Shown: positions 28,054 through 37,523, counted from the first letter of the stretch. The stretch: DNA of 64,000 bases from Candidatus Harrisonbacteria bacterium (GCA_023255625.1 JAHFLF010000001.1:431771-495770), one strand, 5' to 3'. Notes: a model not told the origin generated them from the sequence alone. Numbers and translations: made by a program.

Positions 28054-29880
28054 ATGAAATTTTTAATTCACATCAAACATCCGGTGCGCTGGGCAATCGC
28101 GATTTTTATTTTTTTGCTATTGTGCGGAACTGCATTTTTTGAATATCATTATCGGGATAGATTTTTCCCGGGCGTAGTTATCGGCGGAGAGTCGCTTAGG
28201 GGGATACGGTATCAGGATGTTATAGAACGCGTAACGCGAGTTGGCGAGGGGTTAGCGCTCGACGGCATTCATGTTGTGATTAAAAGCAGGAGTGGCGATA
28301 AAACTATTATTATTCCGGAACGATCGACTGGTCTCACTCCGGATGTTGTTGTTGAATATTTTTCTGTGGGTGATAGCGAAAAAGTAGTTGACGAGGCATT
28401 TGCTCTGGGTCATACCGGCAGTTTTTGGTCTAAGCTGCTTGCTCAATATCGTTTGCTCCGCAGCGGCTATTCAAGCGAATATGATCTGACTCTGCGGGAG
28501 GAGTCGATCAGCTCAATACTCGAAAGGGAGCAACAGGAACAGTTGGCACAGCCACAAGATGCGCATCTGGTGCGGGGGACTGGCGGTTTTAAAATTGAGC
28601 CGGAAAAATCCGGCGAGCAGATTGATACCCAAGAGGTTCTTCGGGCGCTCAAGCAGTCGCTGCGGCGAATGCAGACTAATCAGTTGCAAGTTGCTGTTCG
28701 GGAAAATGCTGCACAGGTGACGGTCAAAAAAATTGAACCAATTTTAGGTTTTGCCGGTGCTCTTTCTACTATGTCGCCAATTACCTTAACATATACCAAT
28801 GGGCGTATCGTCTATCTTTCCGGTTCGCGTTTGGCCGGCTGGCTGACAGTTGACCCAAACCAGCCAGGCGTAGTGATCAAAGTTTCCGAGAAGCCGCTTA
28901 AAGAATTTGTGCAGCAATATATAGACGGCGATCTGGCCGATGCGCCTCGTAATAGCCGTTTTGCCATGGTTGGTGGGAAGCTAGTTGAGACCTCTCCGGC
29001 GCAGATTGGCACGGTTGTTGCCGTCAGGGCGCTCGCGGCGGAATTAAATACACTTTTAAATAAACTGTATGTCTCCTCGGTTTTCGGTGCGGCAGAGCAT
29101 GCGCAGTCAGTTACAATCCCAGTTTCATATCAACAGGAGTATCCGCTAGTTACCTCGTCAACGATTGCGCGCTTTAAAATTGCCGATTTATTGGGCAATG
29201 CAACGACGAGTTTTCGCGGTAGCAGTGCAGAGCGCATTAAAAATATTCGCACCGGTGTAGAACGGGCGAGCGGGATTTTGATTGCCCCGGGCAAAGAATT
29301 TTCTTTAGTCGATGCGATTGGCGAGGTTACCGAAGAAACGGGTTTTGAAAAAGAGTATGTGATTAAGGGCGATCGAAGCATCAAAGAGGTGGGCGGCGGA
29401 CTTTGCCAGTTAGCTACAACTGTATTTCGGGGTGCCATTGCGACAGGGCTGCCGATTACCGAACGGCAGAATCACAGCTATGTGGTTGGTTATTACGGGC
29501 CCGGACTGGACGCAACAATCTATGGCCCACATCCGGATTTAAAGTTTATTAATGACACGGGCAACTATCTTTTATTCCAAATGAAGATGCAGGATACGCA
29601 GCTTATTTCCGAGTTTTATGGCGTGCGCGATGGCCGAGTTGCCAATACTACCGCGCCGGTTTTGTCTGATTACATCGATCCGCCGCCAACGAAATATCTA
29701 GCTGATCTTGAGCAGACCTGGGGTCACATTGAATGTCATGACCAGCCGCGCAAGGGACTGACGGCTGTTGCAACAACAACAGTAACCTACGCAGACGGCC
29801 GTGAGCGCACGCAAGTATTCAATAGTGTGTATACGCCCTGGCCAAAAATTTGTTTGGTGGGGATTAAAGCGGGGCAGTAA
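28054..29880 (+). CDS. VanW family protein with peptidoglycan-binding-type N-terminal region
   Basis: R.KNI, GGGLCQLATT, ERQNHSY, GLDATIY, DLKFINDTG. Confidence 0.9.
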   Translation: MKFLIHIKHPVRWAIAIFIFLLLCGTAFFEYHYRDRFFPGVVIGGESLRGIRYQDVIERVTRVGEGLALDGIHVVIKSRSGDKTIIIPERSTGLTPDVVVEYFSVGDSEKVVDEAFALGHTGSFWSKLLAQYRLLRSGYSSEYDLTLREESISSILEREQQEQLAQPQDAHLVRGTGGFKIEPEKSGEQIDTQEVLRALKQSLRRMQTNQLQVAVRENAAQVTVKKIEPILGFAGALSTMSPITLTYTNGRIVYLSGSRLAGWLTVDPNQPGVVIKVSEKPLKEFVQQYIDGDLADAPRNSRFAMVGGKLVETSPAQIGTVVAVRALAAELNTLLNKLYVSSVFGAAEHAQSVTIPVSYQQEYPLVTSSTIARFKIADLLGNATTSFRGSSAERIKNIRTGVERASGILIAPGKEFSLVDAIGEVTEETGFEKEYVIKGDRSIKEVGGGLCQLATTVFRGAIATGLPITERQNHSYVVGYYGPGLDATIYGPHPDLKFINDTGNYLLFQMKMQDTQLISEFYGVRDGRVANTTAPVLSDYIDPPPTKYLADLEQTWGHIECHDQPRKGLTAVATTTVTYADGRERTQVFNSVYTPWPKICLVGIKAGQ

Positions 29881-29902
29881 CCGTGTGTTCACGGAGAGTA
29901 TT

Positions 29903-29970
29903 GACAAGCGAGTTTGGCTAAGATCGGCAGGGATACATTTTACCGCCGCCTTTAGCCAAACTCGCTTGTC
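29903..29970 (+). repeat. variable-arm palindrome, family C (AGAT-stem-GGATACNTTTTA-stem-CCT), copy 1
   Basis: 18-bp arms gacaagcgagtttggcta / tagccaaactcgcttgtc. Confidence 0.8.
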
Positions 29971-30063
29971 TTCAATCACAATGTTTATTTGCGGCACAGC
30001 GATTTGTTGTGCCAAGAATTTGCTTGCTTTGTCATTAAAATTTATGCTTAAATAAGCCGTATC

Positions 30064-30139
30064 GCCATCTTAGCTCAGCTGGTAGAGCAGACCCTTCGTA
30101 AGGGTAAGGTCCCCGGTTCGATTCCGGGAGATGGCTCCA
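30064..30139 (+). tRNA. tRNA-Thr(CGT)
   Basis: GCCATCTTAGCTCAGCTGGTAGAGC..TT CGT AA..GGTTCGATTCC..GATGGCTCCA. Confidence 0.93.
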
Positions 30140-30189
30140 ATTTAAAATATAATTTGCCAGTCCGCCTAGGTTTTTGGTATACTACTATC

Positions 30190-30351
30190 ATGTCAACAAA
30201 AACTAAGAAAAAGAATTATACAATTGCAGAAGTTAGGACTTCACTAAGCAAGTATATTGCCGTATCTACAGAGCAGCTACGCAAGGAACTGCGAGAGCGG
30301 TGGAGAATGCAAGCCAAAGAAGAGTTAAAGCAGAGGCATGTTCGATCTTAG
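30190..30351 (+). CDS. small protein, putative antitoxin
   Basis: 53 aa, overlaps the start of the RelE/ParE-like ORF. Confidence 0.5.
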   Translation: MSTKTKKKNYTIAEVRTSLSKYIAVSTEQLRKELRERWRMQAKEELKQRHVRS

Positions 30352-30688
30352 TTTTACCGTTCGCGCGCATCAGGACTTAACTGATTTTATTGATGCTTAT
30401 AAATCCGGCTTTGTTGAACTCTATTCTGATAGTGGTATTTGGTCAGAAGATACTATTCTTAAGCAGTATCAGCAGGCGGCAGAGTCATTGAAGGAGGGAA
30501 TTTTAGATTGCATTCAGTTTAGATTGGAGAAGCCAGTTGTTTTTGGACGTCATAAACAATTTGACTCGTATGAATGCATTGTGATGACCAAGGGTCGTCT
30601 TATTGATGTGATATATTCTGAAAATTTGAAACTTAAAGAACGGATCATAGAACGAATTGGAATTAATCGTAAACCTATAATTTTCTAA
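30338..30688 (+). CDS. RelE/ParE-like toxin candidate
   Basis: N-terminus [13 protein letters not shown] resembles RelE/ParE; 116 aa; AT-rich; next to a tRNA. Confidence 0.5.
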   Translation: MFDLSFTVRAHQDLTDFIDAYKSGFVELYSDSGIWSEDTILKQYQQAAESLKEGILDCIQFRLEKPVVFGRHKQFDSYECIVMTKGRLIDVIYSENLKLKERIIERIGINRKPIIF

Positions 30689-31422
30689 TGGATATTGTAT
30701 CTTTAATCCCAAAACTGACCGGCCCGTACGACAAGGGCAGCGTTCACCTGACCGTCCAAGCCGGCACGGGCGGGGATGATGCTAAAGATTGGGCGCAGAT
30801 GCTGCTTACTATGTACGCGCGGTTTTCCGGTGGCCAGGGATGGACGGTGAGCCAGATTGATGACAACGCGATTGAAATAAAAGGGCAGTATGCGTACGGT
30901 TTGCTGAAAAAAGAAGCCGGCGTGCATCGGCTCGTCCGTATCTCGCCATACGACGCTAAAAAGTTGCGCCACACCTCGTTTGCATTGGTTGAGGTTGTGC
31001 CGATTTTACCGGAGCTGGCCCGGAAATTAAATATTCCGTCAGAGGATTTACGCGTTGAGACGGCGCGGGCCGGCGGCCCGGGCGGGCAGAATGTGAATCG
31101 CCGCGAAACGGCCGTGCGCATTGTGCATCTGCCGACAGGCATTGCTGTAACCTGCCGTGAGGAGCGGGGGCAGCTGCAAAATAAAGAAAAGGCGATGGTC
31201 ATGCTGAAAAGCAAGCTACTGCATTTGCAGGATGTGTATCAGAAAGCAACGCTCGCGGATTTGCGCACGCACGCCAAGCCGGATTTTGGCAGCCAGATAC
31301 GCAGCTATGTTTTGCATCCGTACAAAATGGTTAAAGACCACCGGACAAAAGCCGAGACGACCCGGGCCGAAGAGGTGTTAAAAGGGGATTTGGCAAAGTT
31401 TATTGAAGCGGAGTTGGAGTAA
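30688..31422 (+). CDS. prfB: peptide chain release factor 2, N-terminally shortened
   Basis: [57 protein letters not shown]. Confidence 0.88.
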   Translation: MDIVSLIPKLTGPYDKGSVHLTVQAGTGGDDAKDWAQMLLTMYARFSGGQGWTVSQIDDNAIEIKGQYAYGLLKKEAGVHRLVRISPYDAKKLRHTSFALVEVVPILPELARKLNIPSEDLRVETARAGGPGGQNVNRRETAVRIVHLPTGIAVTCREERGQLQNKEKAMVMLKSKLLHLQDVYQKATLADLRTHAKPDFGSQIRSYVLHPYKMVKDHRTKAETTRAEEVLKGDLAKFIEAELE

Positions 31423-31483
31423 TTTTTTTGTGAGGAAATACAAACCTCTCCCCAAGATGAGCAGATAAGATATTTGGCAGGAA

Positions 31484-31559
31484 AACCAATGCAAAGTCTG
31501 CACCAAGATGAGCAGGGATACCTTTTACTGCTCCCTATGGTGCGGACTTTGCATTGGTT
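31484..31559 (+). repeat. variable-arm palindrome, family C, copy 2
   Basis: 22-bp arms aaccaatgcaaagtctgcacca / tggtgcggactttgcattggtt (one mismatch) around AGATGAGCAGGGATACCTTTTACTGCTCCCTA. Confidence 0.8.
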
Positions 31560-31822
31560 GGGGTGTTGCGCTTACTTGTTGGACTCACGATTTTCTTGGC
31601 TGGGTGCATTTTCCTGGTTATCGGGTACTACGGAGCGCCGCGCGAAAGCGCATGATGCGGACAATTGCCGAAAAACCCGAGCGGGCTGTATTTGTTTCTT
31701 ACAATGGTTTGCTCTGGCACGGCAATACATACAAAATATTGCAGCAGCTAAAAAATGAGTATTGGTTAAGATCCGGGGGTTCGGGGGTGGTATGATAAGT
31801 ATGCGGATTTGCGCCGCTTGTT

Positions 31823-33148
31823 ATGCGCCAACGAAAATTTTTATTAATTTTGTTAAGTTTCTTAATTATTGAGGCAGGTTTTGGTTTTGTCATGTACCGA
31901 TTTGCGGCGCAGGCAGAGCAGCAATCGCTTCTGACGCGCGTACAGACAGTTGCCGGGGCCTTTGATGCCCGAGAGATTACGCAGCTTGCGGGCAATGAGT
32001 CTGATTCAGAAACACCAGCATATCGGTCGCTGAAGCAGCGGCTTGTTCGGATAGGCAAGGTGAACGCAGACGTTGTGTCCGTGTATGTAACGGGATACCG
32101 TGACGGTCGCGTTTTTTTCTACGCTGACTCTGTTGATAACCACGAGGTGGGCGAGGCAACGCCCGGTTTGCTTTACGAAGAGGCAACGCCGCTTTTTGTC
32201 AGTGTTTTTACTGAAGGTAAAACAATTTTTGAGGGGCCTTTGGCGGACCGGTGGGGGGAGTGGGTCTCGGCCATTGCGCCGATTGTGGACGAGAACGCAG
32301 CGGTTGTTGCCTCTATCGGAATGGATTTAGACGCAAGTGCGTATCGCGTTGGTGTTATCACAAAAACGGCGGTGCCGGTGCTTCTTCTTGGCATTCTGTT
32401 TCTTATAGCATTCATTCTTTACATCCGGTATTCAAAAAATCGCGAATTACTTGAACTAAAGTCCCGTTTTGTTTCTATTGCCTCTCATGAACTGCGTTCT
32501 CCGGTCGCCGGAATTGTTTGGGCCGCGCAGTCGCTGCAACATCGCGCCGGGGCACTGTGCGATGATGAAAGTCGGCAGACCATGCTTCTCATAGAGCAGG
32601 CCGGCAAACAGCTGGGCGGGACAGTTGAAGAAATTTTAAATTTTTCCCGGCTGGCCAGCGCAGAACATGAAAAATTCAAGATTAGCATGATTGATCTTGC
32701 CGCCCTGGTTCGTACCAGCGTACGGTCGCTGGCGCTGGTAGCCCAGCAAATGGGTGTAGTTATCACTACCAGCCCCTCGTGGCCTCTGGCAGTTAATATG
32801 CGCTGCGACAGCGAGAAGACAAAGCGGGTTTTGCTGAATCTGCTGACTAATGCACTTAAATACTCGCGTCGGGGTGGGCGGATTACTATCGGGTATTCTT
32901 TGGATGCGCACGGGCATCATGTTTCTGTCGCTGACGAGGGAGTTGGGATTCCAAAATCAGAACAGGAGAAAATTTTTAAGCCGGATTTTCGGGCTAGTAA
33001 TGTAGACAAATCGCTAATTGTTGGCAGCGGGCTGGGTCTTTATTTCGCCAGGAAGATGATGGAGGAACAGGGGGGTGCGTTACGGTTTACCTCGCACGAG
33101 GGCAAAGGAAGCATATTTTATATGGACTTGCCCGATAGGCAAGCATAG
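31823..33148 (+). CDS. membrane sensor histidine kinase
   Basis: two TMs, ASHELRSP, NLLTNALKYS, DEGVGI, GSGLGL. Confidence 0.93.
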   Translation: MRQRKFLLILLSFLIIEAGFGFVMYRFAAQAEQQSLLTRVQTVAGAFDAREITQLAGNESDSETPAYRSLKQRLVRIGKVNADVVSVYVTGYRDGRVFFYADSVDNHEVGEATPGLLYEEATPLFVSVFTEGKTIFEGPLADRWGEWVSAIAPIVDENAAVVASIGMDLDASAYRVGVITKTAVPVLLLGILFLIAFILYIRYSKNRELLELKSRFVSIASHELRSPVAGIVWAAQSLQHRAGALCDDESRQTMLLIEQAGKQLGGTVEEILNFSRLASAEHEKFKISMIDLAALVRTSVRSLALVAQQMGVVITTSPSWPLAVNMRCDSEKTKRVLLNLLTNALKYSRRGGRITIGYSLDAHGHHVSVADEGVGIPKSEQEKIFKPDFRASNVDKSLIVGSGLGLYFARKMMEEQGGALRFTSHEGKGSIFYMDLPDRQA

Positions 33149-33186
33149 CCAGGCCGGTTTTGGTTGTTGCGTGTTATACTGAATCT

Positions 33187-33570
33187 ATGGATAAGCTGAC
33201 TATTTTGCTGATTGAAGACGACACCCTTTTGCGCTCTGCATTAGCCGGGGAGTTACGGTTTAGCAATTTTAATGTTTTGGAGGCCGAAAATGGTAAGGAG
33301 GGGTTGGCTGTAGCGCTGGCTAAGCACCCAGATTTAATTTTGCTGGATGTTGCCATGCCGGTTTTAGACGGAATTAGCGTGATGCGCAGGTTAAGAGAGG
33401 ATGTCTGGGGTAAAATTGTGAAGATTATCATGCTGACCAGTTTGAGTAGCTCTGATTTTATGATGAGCGAGATCATGAAAGGTGAGCCATCGTATTATCT
33501 GCAAAAAAATACGACCGACTTGGGCATTGTTCTCTCAAAGGTCCGCGAGGTACTGGCAGTGTCTGCATAA
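33187..33570 (+). CDS. single-domain response regulator
   Basis: LLIEDD, PDLILLDVAMPVLDG, MLTS. Confidence 0.9.
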   Translation: MDKLTILLIEDDTLLRSALAGELRFSNFNVLEAENGKEGLAVALAKHPDLILLDVAMPVLDGISVMRRLREDVWGKIVKIIMLTSLSSSDFMMSEIMKGEPSYYLQKNTTDLGIVLSKVREVLAVSA

Positions 33571-33579
33571 GAGAACTCC

Positions 33580-34263
33580 ATGATCCAATTTATTAATGTT
33601 TCCAAAATTTACGAAAATAGGGCAGTTGGGCTTGAAGACATTAGCTTTACTATCAAGCCGGGCGAGTTTGTTTCTCTGGTAGGCCGATCCGGCGCCGGCA
33701 AAAGCACTCTCATCAAACTTTTGATTGGAGAAGAAAAACCGACTAAGGGGCGGATTTTATTTGGGGCTTATGAGGTTAATAAGTTGCGTAGTACCGAGAT
33801 GAGTCAGCTGCGCCGGCAAGTTGGCATCGTCTTTCAGGATTTTCGCCTGCTGGCCAATAAGACGGCTTTTGAGAATGTTGCTTTCGCGCTCGAGGTGGGC
33901 GGTCGGCCGCAATCAGAAATTGATGAATTTGTGCCCCAGGTTCTAGAGATGGTCGGGTTGCCAAGTAAGCGAAATCATTTTCCGAATCAGCTCTCCGGCG
34001 GTGAAAAACAAAGAGTTGCCATTGCCCGGGCCATGATTCATCATCCGGCTGTAGTTATCGCCGATGAGCCGACTGGTAACTTGGACGACATCAATAGCGA
34101 GGAGATTATTAAACTGCTTTTGCGGATTAACGAGCTTGGGACGACTGTGCTCCTAGCAACGCACAACAAAGAGATTGTGAATAAGTTGAAACGACGAGTT
34201 ATCTCGATGGTTGATGGGCGGATTGTGCGAGACGAACCGAATGGGAAGTATATAATTATGTGA
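33580..34263 (+). CDS. ftsE: cell division ATP-binding protein FtsE
   Basis: GRSGAGKST, VFQDFRLL, LSGGEKQR, ADEPTGNLD; ftsX nearby. Confidence 0.93.
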   Translation: MIQFINVSKIYENRAVGLEDISFTIKPGEFVSLVGRSGAGKSTLIKLLIGEEKPTKGRILFGAYEVNKLRSTEMSQLRRQVGIVFQDFRLLANKTAFENVAFALEVGGRPQSEIDEFVPQVLEMVGLPSKRNHFPNQLSGGEKQRVAIARAMIHHPAVVIADEPTGNLDDINSEEIIKLLLRINELGTTVLLATHNKEIVNKLKRRVISMVDGRIVRDEPNGKYIIM

Positions 34264-34283
34264 ACGCGGAGCGCTACATGATG

Positions 34284-34735
34284 GAATTTCTAATTTCTAA
34301 TTTTCAATTTCTAAACAATGCTTAATGAATCAATTTCTAATGTGCTAATGGCATGCAGTACGATTTGGAAGAGCGGACAATGAAATTTAGCAAGAGTATC
34401 ATTCAACTTGCTAAGCATTGCAGGGGGAATGATATTGTAGCGCATATTATTTTACAGCTTGTCCGGGCGGCGACGAGCGTTGGAGCAAATTATCGCGAGG
34501 CAAACGGGGCCAGCTCAAAGAATGATTTTCGCAATAAGATTTATATTTGCCGCAAGGAGATTCAAGAAGCTGAATATTGGATAGTATTGTTGGTTGAGGC
34601 ATTGCCGATTTGTAAGCAAGAAGCTATGATTCTATACAAAGAAGCGCATGAGTTGTCTCTTATTTTTAATAAAATTTCTTCTACATTAAGAAATTAAAAA
34701 TTGTTTGAAAATTGAAAATTATAAATTGAAAATTA
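34284..34735. mobile_element. four-helix-bundle cassette bounded by inverted heptamer arrays
   Basis: left aatttctaatttctaattttcaatttctaaacaatg; right aaaaattgtttgaaaattgaaaattataaattgaaaatta; splits ftsE from ftsX. Confidence 0.75.
34353..34697 (+). CDS. four helix bundle protein (23S rRNA IVS-protein/bAvd-like family)
   Basis: DLEERT..F, QLVRAATSVGANYREA, DF.NK..I..KE..E..YW. Confidence 0.9.
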   Translation: MQYDLEERTMKFSKSIIQLAKHCRGNDIVAHIILQLVRAATSVGANYREANGASSKNDFRNKIYICRKEIQEAEYWIVLLVEALPICKQEAMILYKEAHELSLIFNKISSTLRN

Positions 34736-34744
34736 CCCACTCCC

Positions 34745-35653
34745 TTGGCCACAACATTTTTACGAATTCTAAAATACGGGTTTCAGAGTTTCTGGCGTAA
34801 CGGCTGGCTTTCGATGGCGACCGTCCTGGTTATGGTGCTTGCCCTTATGACAATGCAGGCGCTCATGCTTTTTAATGTCGGTACGACTACGGCCGTGGCC
34901 GCTATACAGGATAAAATTGATATCGCAGTTTATTTCAAACGAGCGGCCAGCGAGGATAGCATGCTGGCTCTCAAGAAAACTGTTGAACGGCTGCCGCAGG
35001 TAAAAAATGTTGAATATGTTTCTAGCGATGAGGCGCTTGCGGATTTTAAGCAGAGGCATTTAACCGATTTAACAATCAACCAGGCGTTGGCCGAATTAAA
35101 CCAAAACCCGCTGCCCGGATCGTTAAACATCAAGGCCAATGATCCAAATGATTACGCCCTGATTGCGGCATATCTTGATAAAAATGCTCCGGCCGGACTG
35201 ATCGAAAAAGTTACCTATAGCCAGCACAAAAACGCTATCGACCGGCTGAATAAATTTGTCGATACTCTGAACCGAATGGGGCTTGCGGTTACCTTGTTTT
35301 TGGCTTTTGCCGCCAGCTTAGTGGCCTTCAATACAATCCGGCTGGCGATTTATTCCAACCGCGACGAGATTGGTATTATGCGGCTAGTTGGCGGTTCGAA
35401 TATGTTTATCAAAGGGCCGTATCTGGTTACCGGGATTATGTATGGATTTTTTGGCGCGCTCGTAGCGATTATCTTGATGGCACCGATTGCCAATATTATT
35501 AATCCATATCTGGTTCGGCTAGTGCCGGAGGTTCAGTTGGAAACTTATTTTTATGCTCACATTTTTCCGCTTTTCGGCTATATGATGCTTTTCGGGGCAG
35601 GGTTGGGAATTATTTCCAGCTGGATAGCAACTCGGAGGTATTTGCGCGTCTAA
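34745..35653 (+). CDS. ftsX: cell division permease FtsX
   Basis: YVSSDEAL..F, NPLP, NTIRLAIY..RDEI.IMRLVG; TTG start. Confidence 0.92.
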   Translation: MATTFLRILKYGFQSFWRNGWLSMATVLVMVLALMTMQALMLFNVGTTTAVAAIQDKIDIAVYFKRAASEDSMLALKKTVERLPQVKNVEYVSSDEALADFKQRHLTDLTINQALAELNQNPLPGSLNIKANDPNDYALIAAYLDKNAPAGLIEKVTYSQHKNAIDRLNKFVDTLNRMGLAVTLFLAFAASLVAFNTIRLAIYSNRDEIGIMRLVGGSNMFIKGPYLVTGIMYGFFGALVAIILMAPIANIINPYLVRLVPEVQLETYFYAHIFPLFGYMMLFGAGLGIISSWIATRRYLRV

Positions 35654-35761
35654 TAATTGCCCAGACGGCACCGTCCATATTTTTCTGGTGAAAAATCGGT
35701 CTATACTCTCGCGCCGTCGCGCTGCGAGAATTGCCGCTAGGGCAATTATTAGACGCGCAAA
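35641..35761 (+). repeat. variable-arm palindrome, family A, copy 2
   Basis: 22-bp arms; the left arm begins with the last ftsX codons plus stop. Confidence 0.9.
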
Positions 35762-35781
35762 CTAGACCTCCTTCATAAAAA

Positions 35782-35847
35782 AGCGAGGGATTTTACTCAA
35801 GATGAGCAGGGATACCTTTTACTGCTCCCTATGAGAAAAATTTTGCT
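35782..35847 (+). repeat. variable-arm palindrome, family C, copy 3 (degraded arms)
   Basis: core 35800-35831 identical to 31506-31537. Confidence 0.75.
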
Positions 35848-35880
35848 GGTTTAGAAATTAGAAATTGAAAATTAGAGATT

Positions 35881-35927
35881 CCCGCAGGGTTTTTAACCGC
35901 AAAAGACGCGGTTAAAAACCCTGCGGG
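35881..35927. terminator. 20-bp inverted repeat copying the 3' end of the 35912-37495 gene
   Basis: cccgcagggtttttaaccgc ... gcggttaaaaaccctgcggg. Confidence 0.65.
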
Positions 35928-37495
35928 TCGTATCCTTCTTCTGCCGGAAGAATAGTTTTTTCTTTTTTAAATTTCCAAATTGCCAGCCAGCCGAACAAAG
36001 CAATGACGGCCAGGATGCCGCCGCCAACTCCAAATCGCAGTGCAATTTGTTTTTTGATGACGGTTATGCTTTGAGATGGAGCTACTTTCGTGTAGGTTTC
36101 ATCTGCACCAACACCGTAAACGATCACATGATGTACGCCGGAGGTCAGCCCGGGAATTTCTTTAGAATGTTCTCCGGCCGGTACTCTGATGCTCCTTTCT
36201 AAGTTATGGTCATAATCAAAAATATCGATGCGATAACCATTCATCGGTTCGCCATTTGACGGGCTTTGCCATATAAAATTAGTGTTATTACTGCGCATGC
36301 CCGGGCCAATAGTTAATTCCTGGCTCTGGCCGATTGTGACAGGAGCATTTCCGCTTCCTGGCGCTCCTGTATTCGAGTTTGTAGAAGCAGACTGCCCACC
36401 GGATGAGGGCGCTGCTGTGTTAGAATTTGCCGGCGGATTTGTCGATTGATTTGTTTGGGCTGGAGTATTTGTATTAGTTGGTGTAGTTGGCTGGGTGTTA
36501 TTGGCCGGTGGTTGCACTGCGTTGTTAGTCGGCTGCTGGCTGTTTGCCGGCGGTTGCGTATTAACGGGAGTTTGCTGGGAGGCGATTGGAGTGCTGAAGC
36601 CGATTGTGTATGTGGTTAAGATTATGCTTTCTCCCTGGTTGCTAAAAATATCTGCAAAATAATTTACTCCGGGTATCAGCCCGTTAACTGTGATTGTGTG
36701 TTCGAGTTCCAGGGTCGGGTCTGTGGCGCTCGTAAAAATAAAATTTGGATTGAGTTGTGTTCGGATAGAGACACGGGAGTCAGCGGCGATGTTTGTTGTC
36801 CAGGAAAAAGTTGCCGAGGTTGCCGTAGTGTTTACGACACGAGCGTTGGTTATAGTAACATAGGACTGCTGCGGTGTGCTGGCGACCGGGGTTGAGCTGG
36901 CGGTAATTTGATCCGGATCCGTAAAAATGTAGTCCGCGCCGCTCTCTGCGGGCGCATAGAGGGCAAGTTTAAAGGTAAAGGGTTGTAGAGCCGGCCCGAT
37001 TTTAGCCGCGCCATGACTATATTGGCTAACAAAGGTTTGGTTGTGATCAAGCGTTAAAATCCGGTCAGCGCTATACAGGCCAAAGTTGGGCAAATCTGAT
37101 TCTATCTGGAGCGTATATGTTCCTGTGGCGCTAATTGCTATCGGTGTAGTCAGATTCACATGGAATTTGTATCCTCCGGGAATTTCGGCCAGGTGAGGAA
37201 GCGTAACATTGCGTACGGCAAGCTGATGAACCTCATCAGAGAGTCGTAATGTGAGGGGCCCATCCTCGCCAGTGTTATCAACCCAGAGATCAAAACCCGT
37301 CATTAAAGCGTTTACTCCAGGCGCAAAAATTTCATAGACCGGCCCAGCAGCCGAGGAGAATTCAAACCGTTGCGAGGCCCAGCCGTCTGGGGCAAAGGCG
37401 AAAAAGACAGCGTCGGCGGCGAGCGCCGGAGCAGTAGACAGTAGTAAGTAGACGGTAGACAGTATGAGAATAAAAAAGCGAGATGGGCGGTTCAT
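35912..37495 (-). CDS. cell-surface protein with FN3-like domains, a P/T/N/Q-rich linker and a C-terminal TM
   Basis: signal peptide; TATSATFSWTTN..ADS and H.I.V.GL.PG..Y FN3-like patterns. Confidence 0.75.
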   Translation of the reverse strand: MNRPSRFFILILSTVYLLLSTAPALAADAVFFAFAPDGWASQRFEFSSAAGPVYEIFAPGVNALMTGFDLWVDNTGEDGPLTLRLSDEVHQLAVRNVTLPHLAEIPGGYKFHVNLTTPIAISATGTYTLQIESDLPNFGLYSADRILTLDHNQTFVSQYSHGAAKIGPALQPFTFKLALYAPAESGADYIFTDPDQITASSTPVASTPQQSYVTITNARVVNTTATSATFSWTTNIAADSRVSIRTQLNPNFIFTSATDPTLELEHTITVNGLIPGVNYFADIFSNQGESIILTTYTIGFSTPIASQQTPVNTQPPANSQQPTNNAVQPPANNTQPTTPTNTNTPAQTNQSTNPPANSNTAAPSSGGQSASTNSNTGAPGSGNAPVTIGQSQELTIGPGMRSNNTNFIWQSPSNGEPMNGYRIDIFDYDHNLERSIRVPAGEHSKEIPGLTSGVHHVIVYGVGADETYTKVAPSQSITVIKKQIALRFGVGGGILAVIALFGWLAIWKFKKEKTILPAEEGYDPQGF

Positions 37496-37523
37496 TTATT
37501 TATGATACCATGGGCAAGGATTT

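Noticed and set aside
31474-31795. ORFs 31474-31758 and 31508-31795 as genes; also a c-di-GMP riboswitch-like GCAAACC on the minus strand
   Set aside because: Both ORFs start in or run through the family C palindrome and show no recognisable motif. The riboswitch's second stem and conserved residues are missing.
34353-34697. Diversity-generating retroelement (Avd-like gene)
   Set aside because: No reverse transcriptase and no template/variable repeat pair with adenine-specific mismatches seen in the window.
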